64,000 bases of DNA from Albugo candida (taxonomy: Eukaryota), in assembly GCA_040437565.1 (NCBI GenBank), contig JBDOQK010000007.1, positions 558,001 to 622,000 on the forward strand, read 5' to 3'. Under the pieces are notes generated by a model. The model ran no database searches, was not told where the DNA came from, and was given only the letters and a program-made list of their open reading frames with translations. Shown piece by piece: positions 12,148-24,921 of the stretch. Numbering within the stretch: position 1 is the stretch's first letter; each line of letters starts with the position of its first letter. Made by a program: the position numbers and the translations under genes.

Positions 12148-12368
12148 TGTCGGAAGGTGTCATGGACGTTTTACGTTTCATGAATGTGATAGCATCGGAT
12201 TCAGGAGTTTCATACACGTTCCGTTAAAGCTGACCCAAGAGCGATGGTTTTGTAACGAAATTATAGGCACGTTTATAGGAAGAGAAAGATACGGAACATT
12301 AGTAATACACTTCTAGATTTGCCACTATTTAGTCAAGTAAATTCTTCTCTACTCGTAAAGATCCAACC
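12148..12368 (+). repeat. 5' LTR of copia element 1
   Basis: Starts TGTCGGAAGGTGTCATGG, aligns with 16998-17222, and is followed by a PBS-like sequence. Confidence 0.85.
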
Positions 12369-15300
12369 GATTATGAGCCGAATAGAACGTGTTACCCAAA
12401 ATCAAGTTCAAGCGCCTGCCGCAACTCATGCCAACGACGACGGATCCAGTACGGCCTCCAGCGCGGGTTAGAGGATGGATACGCTGCTGGACTTGGTCAC
12501 GATTTGAAAAGTAACATCGGTTGTCGCCTGACGAGACTTGAAGCTCGAAGATCTCAGGATGACCAAGTTTCGGTATTGTCCACCACCATCAGCTCCTTTC
12601 GCGCTTACGCGGAGTCGCACGCGGGATTAGGCCGAAAAATGACGTTATCCTCGCTTGAAGACGAAGTCATACCAAACCATCGCGACACCACGCTGCGAGA
12701 CAATTACACAAGCGTATAGAAAGGTCAGATGGTAGACAAGGCTCTTCATGCAACCGCAGCGGGACACTGGATATAGATCGGTTCCAGCACCGACGTATTT
12801 TGCGGTGCGAAGACCTCTGCAGATCAGAGATCTGAAACTTACCCAGGTCTCGGGGCAGGTTTTAGGCCCTGAGGGATGAGCTATTTGCGGCAGATAAATA
12901 TCTGCGAAAGCCTCAGTGGGTGCACTTGGACCGACGCAAAGCGGGTAAGCATTACAATAGCCAAGTGGACAGCTGGTGCAATGAGAATCCTCAGTTGTGG
13001 TACTCAATGGACAGATTGGACGCAAAATTTGGCCCACGGGGTGCGAAGTCGCAAGCTTTCAAGTTTTTTACGTCAAAGAAGAAAGCGATTCGTGGAACGA
13101 TCACATTTTGTACCTGATGGTATTATGTGATGCTGTCGGGGGTGCTGAGGATCAAATACTTGAAAGTATTGTCAAGTTTGCAAGCGCTTCAAGAAAATTA
13201 CAAGGTGTGCTACAGGCGAGATTAAACACTGAGCGAGAAGATCACCTACGCGAGGGGGATGAACTAGTTCTTTTTGCTCAGCTGAATAATCCGGTTTCAC
13301 AATTGGGAAACTAGTCATCTGTGTCCACTACAAAAGTCCACTGGTGGTGGATGGTTCAGAAACGGTCACGAACACCAGCAAAGAAAGTGCTCCAAGTGTG
13401 GCAAGGAAGGACAGTACAAACGCGACTGCAAAAAATGGAGCCCCGATAGACTTAGCCCTGGCTGCTGTAAGAGGAATCGATACCACCTTCCAATGGATAG
13501 TGGACATTGGGTTAAGTCGTCACCTCGTGGCGAGTCTATTACAGCTACAAAATTCCGTGGAACGCGACGAGGAATGTCTTCTCTCTGTTGGCGACGCCCT
13601 GTAAGTGCAGCTGCAGCTGAAAGTCAGTGCCAATCTTCTGGCTCGTGTCGACGATGAGATTCGTCTAATTAGAATAAGCGATGTATACTACTAGGAAATC
13701 TCCCATGGAATAATATTTCTTATGGAAAATACAGGAGTGTGGGTATGACCTTCGTTACGACGACTTCGTCGTTTGATGGTCCGACACAGTGAAGGATTCA
13801 GGATTTTGGATGTCTAGAAAGACTACAGTAATGTACTAGTCGTGCACGTTATCGGGACGATGTGGAACCGTTTCAATCTGTTGGGGTTTGGGCTTTGCAG
13901 GCTGAGAAGTACGAAGCTACGGCGCTTGCTAACCTATTGCAAGTGATCTAAAGAGCGGAATACTGCTTATAGACAAGACCGATTTATTTAACCTGCGCAC
14001 AAGACATGTAAGCGCCCCCATCGATCGTGTGGGAAGCGTCATATGTAGCGAAATCAAGGGACCTATAACGACGTTTGATAGATGCGGAAACAGAAAGCTC
14101 ATCAAATTTATTGATCACAAAAGAAACTACTGCTGTGTGCAAGGTTCACTGCCTCCATGCCGATGGTGGCGCGAAATACAAAGTCGTAGACTTTTTCTGC
14201 AAGCGCTCTGGTGTGGGTCGCCAGGTTTCAGAAGCAGAGAATCAAGATTCAAACGGAAAAGCGGAGCGCATGCATCAGACGATGATGGATATGGTGCCCT
14301 CTATGGTGTTTGGGTCTGGCTTGCCANNNNNNNNNNNNNNNNNNNNNNNNNNNNNNNNNNNNNNNNNNNNNNNNNNNNNNNNNNNNNNNNNNNNNNNNNN
14401 NNNNNNNNNNNNNNNNNNNNNNNNNNTGCAAGGTTCACTGCCTCCATGCCGATGGTGGCGCGAAATACAAAGTCGTAGACTTTTTCTGCAAGCGCTCTGG
14501 TGTGGGTCGCCAGGTTTCAGAAGCAGAGAATCAAGATTCAAACGGAAAAGCGGAGCGCATGCATCAGACGATGATGGATATGGTGCCCTCTATGGTGTTT
14601 GGGTCTGGCTTGCCATTAAAGTTTTGGGTCGACGCTGCCTTGTACGCGTCGTACATACTTCATCGAAGTCCAAAATGGGGGAATGTGGGTCGCGCTCCAC
14701 CGATCGAAGTTCTTACAGGCGTCAAGTCAAAGCTGACAGATATCGTGATTTTTGGCTCACCGTGCACCGATATCTAGCCCAAACACAACACCCTTGACAA
14801 GCGTTGAGAGGCGGGAATAATTATCAGCACAAGTGACGAGATCAAGAGTTAACGCGTGCTGTTTACTAAGGACCGTGATGTGCGCACAACGCAGCACGTT
14901 AAGAATATCAAGACCCTAAGTGAAGACGCAAATCGAAAGCTTCTTTCTTATATGGATGTAGAGCGCGAGTCTAGGATTACCATCAACGATATCGTTGAAT
15001 CAGGTGACGACGTTGGACATCGGCAGGAGCTACTAGAGGACTTCAAGAATGCCAAGAAACGTGGGAAGCGCGGAAATAAATAACAAAAAGGAAAAAAGTT
15101 TTTTTTATCTAGAGTCTCCCATGGGTCTGACAACACGATACGGCAGAACAAAAATTCCACCACGTGAGATAGTTAGTGATGTATATCATGTGGATTTAAA
15201 GAATCGGAATGAAGCCATGAAGAGCGAGGGGTGGAAACGTCCAGTGGACTCTGAAGTTAAAATGATGAAAGCTTATGACACGTGGGAGTTGATGTTACGA

Positions 15301-16997
15301 AGCGATGAGATGTGCCCTCTCCAAACGATAGGGGTGTTCAAGACGAAGACATCGGCGATGGAAACATTGAGAAGTACCAGGAGCGTATGGTAGCTTTTGG
15401 GAACGAGCAGACGTTTGCCGCAGTTATGGACATGACAACGGGTAAAATTATCCTCGCACTTGCGGTAATCTGAGGTGTTCAAGCGCGTCATGGTAACGGG
15501 CCAAACGCATACATCAAGGCATTAGCAGAGCCTTGCCTCAGCATATTTCCAGCACATACTGCAGGGAACGAAGATAAGCGTTAATGAGCTGCAACGTTTT
15601 AGAGTGCAATACACGGGACATATGGTACTTTGTCTACGAAGCAGCCTATATGGTCTAAAAAACGGTGGATGACTCTGGGTGCAGCTACTACATTCGGAAT
15701 TACTACGCGTTGGCTTCATACAGTGCGTTACGGACTCATGTCTCTATTACCAGGGTGATAGAGGTGGCATGACTTTCATTGGGGTTTACGTCGACGATCT
15801 CCTCGCTACCGGTACATCAGAGGCGCTTGGAAGGGATTTTTGTTCTACTCGCAACACTAGAGACCAAGGACCTAGTTTTTGTGAGCAAGGTCTTGGCATA
15901 AAAATTGTGCATGTTTTAAACAGCGGATACAAGCTCGACCAAGGTGCGATGATGGACGAGCTGCTGTTGAAGTTTTGGTTGCAAGACGCACATTCTGTTA
16001 CAGCGCCTATGGGTCTCGACCACAATAATGACACGCGCGAAGTCGACCCGTTTTTCTTAAAAGGAAAAGTTGACGGGGACGTATCGGTAAAGAATTCAAG
16101 TCGATTGTGGGATCTGTTAATTTTCGGTCAAAAGGGGAAGTGTATTATCAAGTTTAACAGTGTCCTACGGGCCGATAATCACTACCTCTCGAATTATGTG
16201 TCATACCTCATAGTCGTCGTTTCGCATGTCGTGTGTACTGCACACTCGGTGCTTCAACTACAGTGCACGTTTCAACAGGATCGCTATTGTGGCTGGCTCG
16301 CTGCACGCGGCCGGACATCGCTTATGCAGTGCACCGGGCCACTCGGCCTGCCCACGCACCTACGATAAGTGACTGGCAACTGAGCAAGAGAAATGTAAGA
16401 TAGTTGAAATGCATCAAGAACGTCAAGCTGCAACTAGTACGAAGAAACGATCTGCACAAGGACACTTTTTAACTTACCAGCGCGAGCGACGCGGATTTTC
16501 TGGAGACATGGTAAGTCGCAAGTCTGTGAGCGGAGCGTTTTTTCGTGTGGAGGGCATGATAGTAAAATGTACATGTCGCAAACAGGCTTCTGTGTCACTA
16601 TCGACCATGGGGTAGCGGAGTTTACGTCGGCAGCGCACTCAGGACAGGAGCTACTTGGACTACTAGCGCTACTCAGTGAGCTAAAATTCAAGGTGAAGCT
16701 ACCGATGACAATGGAGATGGACAATCAGGCGGCAATCCGCCAGCTGGAAAACGAAAAGAGCTCGGCGCGGGCCAAGCATATCGATATAAAGCTCAAATTT
16801 GTTGAAGATTGCGCGAACAATGGCATCGTAAAGCCATTTCATGTGACTACCGAAGACATGGCGGCTGATTTCTCCCAAAACATTTAGCGCTATTCGACTA
16901 CGAACATTGATGGGTCTCCACTCGTTCATCCGTACCATAACAAGAGAAGAGATCAAACTCGGGCGGTGAAAAGCACACGATGCCGTGATGGGAGGAG

Positions 16998-17222
16998 TGC
17001 CGGAAGGTGTCATGGATGTTTTACGTTCGATGTATTTGATAAGATCTGTTTCGGAAGTGTCATCCACGTTCCGTTAAAACTGATCCCGGCGCGGTGGTTT
17101 TGTAACGACTTCGTAGGCAAGTTTATATGAGGAAAAGAGAACGAGAACTAAGAGTGAAAGCACTTCTAGGTTTGCCGCTTTTCAGTCAAGTAACTTCTTC
17201 TCTACTCGTGAAAAATCAAATA
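16998..17222 (+). repeat. 3' LTR of copia element 1
   Basis: Starts TGCCGGAAGGTGTCATGG directly after the polypurine tract GGGAGGAG. Confidence 0.85.
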
Positions 17223-18499
17223 GTATGTCATAGCTTCACTATGCTATAACTCGTAAACCTCGAATTCATGATCTTGAAGTGGAATGCTAATTGAAAGCGT
17301 CCTTCGGCTAACGAAAGTCTTAGCTATCCAATGTAATAAAATGCGTATTTTCGGACACAACCTTCGGCACTTGTATTCGACATCGCGAATCTTGGCGCTC
17401 AATCTGTACCATACATCCAGAACGGAGACACTCGTCACCTAACTTCGCTAAACAGGTCGATTAAACAGCCATACTGGACCGCACCAAAGATATCGCGAAT
17501 TCCATTTTCCGAACTAAAACACTCACTACAAGAGAAACGAACGCAGCAAAGAGATAGCCGAGCTTTCACGCAAAAAAAACCGGTTGGTACTCTGATAAAT
17601 AGTGATGTGGATCATGGTGATCTTCTGCTTTATTGAACTCGTCGGCAACGCTTGCCTGCATGCCGTCCAACCAAGATGCTAGAACGAAAAAACCTTCGTA
17701 CGATCCAGTACGTTAAGGACCTAGAAGAACACATATTCAGAGATATGATGTACCAGAATGCAAAATGGGATCATGCCACAGAAGCTATGGATAGTATACA
17801 TACGTGATAAGGATGGAGGCGTCATGGCATGTCTATATGGACAGTCCAATTTCCATAGCCTTATATTGGATAGCTCGCATCCGACAGATACAGCATGGCA
17901 CCACCCATCACGACGAGAAATTTAGTTAATTTTTTCAGTCGCTTAGTTACAATTACAAAAGGTGCAGAACACGTGCCAGCTGAGTTACTAAATCATAGTT
18001 CACCAGTGGTTCCCATCCGTCTAGCCAAAGCGATTACCCACCATATCCAGAGCTCAATAACATCATGAGCGAAAACCTTAATCATAGGTTCACCATCACC
18101 ACTCCAAAGCCTCACCAAACCTCCATACAGTTGTTGATCAATCACCTCATTAGTATCACGAGCAAAACCATAGCAACAGTCATATGCATCACACCCGTGT
18201 AGAAGCGGAGAAACGACTACCCCCTGACCAAAATGCTTTCCCTAAATTAGCCGACGTTTATGGGCTCGCCGATGGGATATTGATCTAACGCATCGATTTA
18301 GAAGACATGTATACCATCAGGATTGATCTTAGTAGGGCATTCACATTCGGTGCTATGTATCGACATAAACTGCTCATTATTATCATCTCTATCCTGCGCC
18401 ATATGACGCGCAATTGATAAGACCGTACTTCAATGGCACGTGATAACGCGTTTTTATCTCTCTCTTTTTCAATTATGATGCATGTACCGCAGGAAGATG

Positions 18500-19350
18500 C
18501 ATTCTTTCATCATTTGTTGATGGATTACTTGGAAGCTGTACTTCGAGATCCAAGCCAATACCTCCTTGTATTAATGCTCAAGATCAATACTATCGCTTCT
18601 CCATGACCCTGCTCGACTTAGGCATATTCTGCTTGTTGCAGAATAGAAATTTTGATCATAATTGCTTTCGGTTAACGTGGATCTACCTTAATGGGCGACT
18701 ATTGCTACTGCAACAAGTACAGCGACCGAAACTTAGCGCATACTTTGCAAACTCGGATCACTTCTTCGAAATTTCAAAGACGCACACCAGCAAAATCACA
18801 CCTATCAGTCACTTTCACACGGTTCTAGAAAGCACACGTTTGTCTATACAAGGTATATGTGCTATCTTTTCTACTACAAACCTGTGGATCATGGGGTCTA
18901 GCCGATCGTGACACAAGAAGTCTTATAGAATATCACGTACATGATCTCCGCAGAGTCAAACGCACCCAATACCATCCCATCAACAACGCGTATCCGTATC
19001 ATAGATACGATACGAAAACACTTAGAGTATATCCGAAACGCTTTGAATGGAAGCTCTATGACCGCGTCCCCGCAGCCTACAGAGGATAGCGTCTTAGTTG
19101 AACATGCTTCAACTCTATTATCGAGGTCGACCACCAGACTGCCATCCAAAATTCCCGACAAAGCCTTACCAGTCGACAGAACCTCAAGCAATCGTCTCTG
19201 CACTACATAAGGTAGAAACGTGTTCAATACTCGCACAAGTCTACTTCGATTGAATAGTCTTACTCAACAGATACACAGTAGCCAGGAACGCATCTATCAG
19301 GTTAAAGAAGCAGATAGGCATACCTGAGAGCTGGGTCCCACCATTCTGAC
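18500..19350 (+). mobile_element. Possible highly decayed Ty3/gypsy integrase (and chromodomain-like) remnant
   Basis: Scattered motifs LHDP..H, GLADRDTR (SDRDPRF-like), TQYHP (TAYHP-like), EDSVLV, NVFNT and IYQVK...SWVP in gypsy order, with many frameshifts. Confidence 0.35.
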
Positions 19351-19616
19351 TCGATGTCGCTGCATAAACGCTCTTTCAAACAATAATTCATATCATATAA
19401 GATAGTCTAGGCATTGTAGAAGTCGTTTAGTTTGATACACCTTCAACTGAGGACGTACATTAGAAAGAGATAACTAAGATACTTTCAATCAGATAAAGAG
19501 ACAACCTTGATTGAATTATCTGGGCTGAATCGTGCCACGGAACAATGCGTTCACATCATGATCCACCACTGCTTACAGGTTATGTCTAGATAGTGAGATG
19601 ATACAAGTGATCAAGT

Positions 19617-19858
19617 TGCTGGAGATCATGTGCATCTGGTGCACAGAAACCGCCGCCGTGAAGAGACAGTGACTTTACCGACCGTGAAGATTTTCAAGAA
19701 GGAATTAAATCGACTGCGAGTAGTTGGGGGAGCAAAACTGATTTACAACGAAGGGTCATAGTGTGCATAATCAGGAACTTCTTTTAATACATATTATACA
19801 ATGATTCCCAGTTCTACTCTGTCGTTAACACTGGTGCAGACCTTAGTGTTTACCAACA
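19617..19858 (+). repeat. 5' LTR of copia element 2
   Basis: TGCTGGAGATCATG...ACCAACA; aligns with 22159-22402. Confidence 0.9.
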
Positions 19859-22158
19859 GGTTGTGAACCCAGGTTCGAAGACTTGGTAAAGAGAGCGTGA
19901 CGAAAGCACGACAACACCTATCCCACGCAAGTAGTATGTTCTATGAAAGGGGCTAACAAGGGGGATCTAGATGGAAGGACGAGGCACAACACAAATCGGG
20001 CGTGCCGAAGAAAAGAGAGAAGATATAGCGTCGCCAGTCGACCAGGCGGCAGCTCTTGCGAGAATGCTCAAGATTCTGGAAAAAAGCGACAGCCGTGTCG
20101 GTCATCTCGAGGCTCGGCAAAATGGGAGCAGCGGTTTGGAAGCGCTCCGGGGTCGCCTTCTCTACCAGCGGAGGTCTCTCACACAGCAGTGCGACGATAA
20201 GGACTGGCCACGATTGGTCGTGCAGTGTCTGAGCTTGGTGGAGTAAGTACTCACACTGAATGAACTTGGTGACAGTGGATTTGAAGCAAAAAGTGTCTTC
20301 AAGGGTCGAGTAGAGAATATGCCTACTGGAAGACACTCGATCAACAAATTGCCTTACTTGGGAATCTAATCGCTCCCGGTGGTGCCAAGTTAGAATCTGC
20401 TCCCTTTGGTGCCAAGCTCATAATAAATAAGTTCACGGGAGAAGAGCAGTATGCAAGTCTTAACACAGGTTTCAAGCAGTGGGGGTATACATTCCTCGAG
20501 CGATCGAGATGGCCGAGATGATCGAGATTCAGAGTCAATTTAGGTGGGGAAACGCCTTAAAGTGAAAAATCTGGGAGAAAGATGGCGCAAAACAATGTGG
20601 CTGCAGCTTTTTTCCAAGACAACGTGAGTACATTGTGGCCGGTCAGCCCGACGTTGTGCCACGCAGTCGAACATCTGTACCAAGCGCTAACGGTGATAAT
20701 TGCGCACCAACAGGATGCCGCATTGTTTGCGAGAGAAAGAGACAAGTCGCGTTCGTGGAACCAGCGTCTCTCATACCTGATCGCATTGTGCCAAGAAAGC
20801 GAGTCCCACGAACGACTCGTTGTAGAAAACATCGTCAAGTACGCGGCACCGCACCTCGAAATTTCGATGAGGGTGCGATACCAACTGAGTCGCACGGACT
20901 ACCACACACACGCACAATAGCTCATCACATGGGCGCAAGAGATTGAGGACGACGGAAAAGTGGTTAGGAAAATTTTCAAGGGCCTAGTCCGTGCAGTGGG
21001 ACATGGCAAGTTACAAGGTCACTCCCAAGGCGAAGACCGAGGGTGTTTTAACTGCGGCATGCGAGGACATTGGGCGAGAAAACACCACCAACCGAAAAAA
21101 GATGATGGCCGCGGGAAAGCTAATTCTGTATTGGCTGCATGCGAGAACCCAGAGTGCCAGCGAACGAAGGAGTCAACATCTAGCTACGTGAAGGGGGTTC
21201 GAATATGTGGGTGGTTGGCAATAGGTCAAGCAGACATCTTGTCCAAGACCCTGACTTGCTTCACGATGCCATGGAATGTGATAAAAATGATGGACTCCTG
21301 TTGCCTGACGGAGGTGTACTCAAGGTGACCAAACGATGATATTTGGTGCTACATGGTCTTGCGAATGGTATAAAGACCCAGATCACGCTTATTGAAGCAT
21401 ATCACGCGCCCAAGTTGGTTAGGAACCTCATATCCAAGGTAAGTTGTTTGAAAGAGAAGGCTGTGGGATTGCATCGAGTACCGACTATCAAGAATTTCCA
21501 GTCTCTAATTCGCGCTGCACGCGTCCAGACATTTCTTTCACGGTGCACATAGCGACTAGACGAAGTCACGCACCAACACTGAAGAATTAAGGCCTTCCAA
21601 AAAGATTGCAAGGTACTTGAAGGTAACGAAACGTTTGAAGCTGCGTTTGCGTGAAAACAGCGAGACCCGGTCGCCCATCAGGATTGTCAGTTTCAGTGAT
21701 GTGGACTTCGAAGCCGACAATGAAAACCAAAAGTCTATGAGTGCATAAGTGCAAGTGTGTAGATTGTTAATGGTATCACTATAGGGTGGCACTGCAAGAA
21801 GCAAGCTGCTATGGCTCAGTCAACAGCGGAAGCGGAGGTCGTCACTGCAGCCGTCGGAGGACGTGAGGCGCTGGGATTGAAGTAGCTTTATGAAGAACTT
21901 TGACAACGAGTAACGACACCTGAGGTAATTGATACCAAGCTGCAGTGAAGCAAATCGAAAACGAGGCGAGCTCAGCCAGAACGAAGCATGTGGATGTGAA
22001 CCTTAAATTCTTACATGATTACGCCAAGAAGAAGACGGTCAAGCCAACTTATGAATGTACGAAGACGATGGTCGCCGATTTATTGGCGAAGGTGCTACCA
22101 GCTCCAAGGTTTAAGGAATTGCGTTTGTTCATAGGTCTGAAGTGATGTTCAAGAGGAG

Positions 22159-22402
22159 TGCTGGAAGATCATGTGCATCGAGTGCGCAGTAACCGCGGTC
22201 GTGAAGAAACAGTAACTCTAACAATCGTGAAGATTTTCAAGAAGGATTCAGATCGACTGCGAGGAGTCGCGGGAGCAAAACTGACTCACAACGAAGGGTC
22301 ATAGTGTGCATAATCAGGAACTCCTTCTAACTAGATTCAATACAATGATTCCCCATTCCACTCTGTTGTTAACACCCGTGCAGACCTTACTGTGTGACAA
22401 CA
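22159..22402 (+). repeat. 3' LTR of copia element 2
   Basis: TGCTGGAAGATCATG...GACAACA after the PPT, followed by the TSD. Confidence 0.9.
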
Positions 22403-22559
22403 CAAGTGCGCCTAGAGTAAAGGAATTAAAGATTATGAAACGGATGAAGAGTTTGTCTCGACTGAAAGACTCCGTGCACGATAGCGCCACATATGAATGC
22501 TTTTACAGCATTACTTTGCGATGTTAGCAGTGCGGTTTTTGATGAGCAATTGTACTTCA

Positions 22560-22790
22560 AGAAAGATGTTACACTGTCGGTTCCAGATCGATTGGCAATT
22601 GTAATGAGTCGAGAAACAGACGGAGTGAGCGACACGATGCTTCAAGCAGAAACACATCGAGCATACGTACCAATATATGGATTTACAGACTCTCGCAACC
22701 TCAATGTGGCAGCAGGATAAATAATACTCCAAGTATTTCCTGAAAAATGAGTCGACATAAATGGAGGAGAAGGTCCAGAACTATGGATAC
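22560..22790 (+). pseudogene. Fragment of a SpoU/TrmH-family (SPOUT) RNA methyltransferase
   Basis: RLAIVMSRETDGVSDTMLQAETHRAYVPIYGFTDSRNLNVAAG matches the SPOUT knot consensus (GxExxG...IPMxGxxESLNxSVA); key residues altered and stops follow. Confidence 0.7.
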
Positions 22791-23624
22791 GAGGACAAGA
22801 TTTTGTAGATGCGGCAGGATTTGTTGTCACGAGTTACTTGTAATCAATCTGAGTTATGATTGAAAGTTGCCTCTATGTCATTTGATACCTAGAGAAAGCC
22901 TCTATTTTGCCCATTTTCATTTGCGTTCCATGGCTTCCTCGAAATTTGATAGCTGAGGAACAGGTGGCTTTGCGAAATGTGAGGATCCTGTTTTAGGTTC
23001 AGGATCGGTCAATGCACGGATTTACCTGATGCTATAGTTACAGAAATAAAGCTCAGGTGGCAGCATCAACAACAGCTCCGACAATTATCAACTAGCCATT
23101 GTCCTTCGACCAAACGTATGATCTAAATTTGGCAGAAAAAATCGCATGGTGATTAAAGAAGCGATCAAATATCGAAGAAGACGCACCAAGTGGTAATCAA
23201 AAAGTGCGAGGTATAATCGATAAGCCGTTTGATCTTTTACATTCAATTTCTATCACACCGATTAGCTTCTGGCGAGAATATCAATGAGAGCCTCTAAAGA
23301 AAACGGCTTTATATGGCTTTATATGCGAAAGCGAAGCATTTGACGATATGTATCTCATTATGCCTGGCTACATCAAAGCTCGAGCGGTGCGACCAATCTT
23401 TTTCAGCTCATGCCGTTTCTTGCCCGTTTCCGCGCTGCTTGGGATGTCTGGCATGTTTTTGCAGCCTGAAGAGATTACTATCAATCCAAGCCGTATGAAT
23501 ACATGATGAAGTATAGCATCACATGACTAGCAGTTTTGATTAATTTAATCCTGCTACTCAAGCATAACTACATGAACAGTGCAAGCTACGAGCGTTTGCT
23601 GCGCGTCTTTAAACAAGTCGGTGA

Positions 23625-24083
23625 TCATTGTAGGCTTTCTAGCTTACGAACGAGATTCTCCCAAACTTTTTCAACAGAGCCTTGGGAGTTAGCAACCAGC
23701 GACCTCCCATCCTCTTCCACAATGCGTGCCTCATTATCCAGAAAAATCAACGTTGGAATTCCTCTCACGCCAAACTTTGTTCCAAGATTCTTTATGTGTG
23801 CTTCAGTAAACGGCAACGCGCAGAATGACATCGACTCATAATAAGATTGAAAAGATTGCGCGTCCCTATCAGACGAGATGAAAATGATTTCGAAATCTTC
23901 ATGAGCAGCAATCATGTCGTTATAAAATGCACTCAAAACAGGAGTGAAAGCCTTGCATGGTGGGCACCAATGAGCACTGAAGTACAAACCAATAAACTTC
24001 TTCTTCTGGAGCGCTTCTTGCGCACATTTGCTGCCGTCTTTTGTGTCAATTTTTGGACCCAATAAGTCTTCCCAAACACTCAT
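23625..24083 (-). CDS. Nucleoredoxin/tryparedoxin-like thioredoxin-fold oxidoreductase
   Basis: GLYFSAHWCPPCKAFTP, FEIIFISSDRD, VRGIPTLIF. Confidence 0.92.
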   Translation of the reverse strand: MSVWEDLLGPKIDTKDGSKCAQEALQKKKFIGLYFSAHWCPPCKAFTPVLSAFYNDMIAAHEDFEIIFISSDRDAQSFQSYYESMSFCALPFTEAHIKNLGTKFGVRGIPTLIFLDNEARIVEEDGRSLVANSQGSVEKVWENLVRKLESLQ

Positions 24084-24178
24084 TTTTAAACTTTTTTAGA
24101 AATGAATAAACACAAATGTATTTCATTTGCTTCGTGTATAAATAAAACGGTTGAGACAACACCCTGTAGAACTACATT

Positions 24179-24873
24179 TTATTTTTTCTTTCCGTTATTA
24201 TGCTGTGTTGCTGCTTTTCTTTGTGCAATTCGACTACGTTGCTTCGGTTCAGGTTCAAATTCTTTAAGCACGATCACTAGGTGACTAAAAGGATGATGCA
24301 TGATGCCAGAGCGACCTAGACATTCGAGATTAGATGCTATACATAAAGAGGTGCAAATTTAAGTAATTACCTCGTCCCATTATACGCAATCGTTTCAGAT
24401 ATTTGCCTTTTGTTACGAATGCTTCGGAAATTTTTAAGTTTTCTGGCTCGATGTTATATCTGATGTCTGCAAGATTGACCGCATTTTGCACAGTTGCTTT
24501 AACAATAGTCGCTCGACGCTTTCTTGAAAACTTCATTTGCAGTAAGGCTTCTTCTGCCGGAAGACCTCGAACCTAGCTCAAAAACAATGTTAACGTAGCT
24601 TTGAGAGTAGATTTCTAGTACCTGTTGCGCTAGATACGTCAGCTTGCGAGGACTCACTCGAATATCTTTCTTGATAGTTTTTACAGTGCGATATTCCGTC
24701 GGTTTTGTAGCATTCAAAAACTCTCCCACTGTATCTATGTCAGATGTCGACGAATCGGTACCGATAGTGAGTCTACGCATTTGCTCTTGCAATGGGAATG
24801 TTTTTGTGACTGCGTTATTTAGACAGCTCTTTTGGGCTGCTGGGCCAACAAAAAACGATCGTAATCTCAGCAT
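24179..24873 (-). CDS. Mitochondrial ribosomal protein uL22 (3 exons; introns 24573-24621 and 24316-24370)
   Basis: IRVSPRKLTYLAQQ|VRGLPAEEALLQMKFS...NAVNLA...GKYLKRLRIMGRG|RSGIMHHPFSHLVIVL; GT-AG introns restore frame; presequence-like N-terminus. Confidence 0.88.
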
Positions 24874-24921
24874 TGATTTCGTGGTCAAGAAAGTGTGATA
24901 ATAATGTTATTTACTGATTTT

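Larger units (their letters stand above)
12148..17222 (+). mobile_element. Ty1/copia LTR retrotransposon, full-span but degenerate
   Basis: LTR pair 12148-12368 and 16998-17222; PBS-like GATTATGAGCC; PPT GGGAGGAG; protease WIVDIGLSRHL; integrase SNGKAERMHQT; RT YVDDLL; RNase H DNQAAI...AKHIDIK; flanks CTATG/GTATG. Confidence 0.9.
19617..22402 (+). mobile_element. Internally deleted Ty1/copia LTR retrotransposon with perfect 5-bp TSD (CAAGT)
   Basis: LTRs 19617-19858 and 22159-22402 (TG...CA); PBS-like GGTTGTGAACCCAG; PPT AAGAGGAG; gag knuckle CFNCGMRGHWARKH; RNase H end ARTKHVDVNLKF; CAAGT at 19612-19616 and 22403-22407. Confidence 0.93.
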
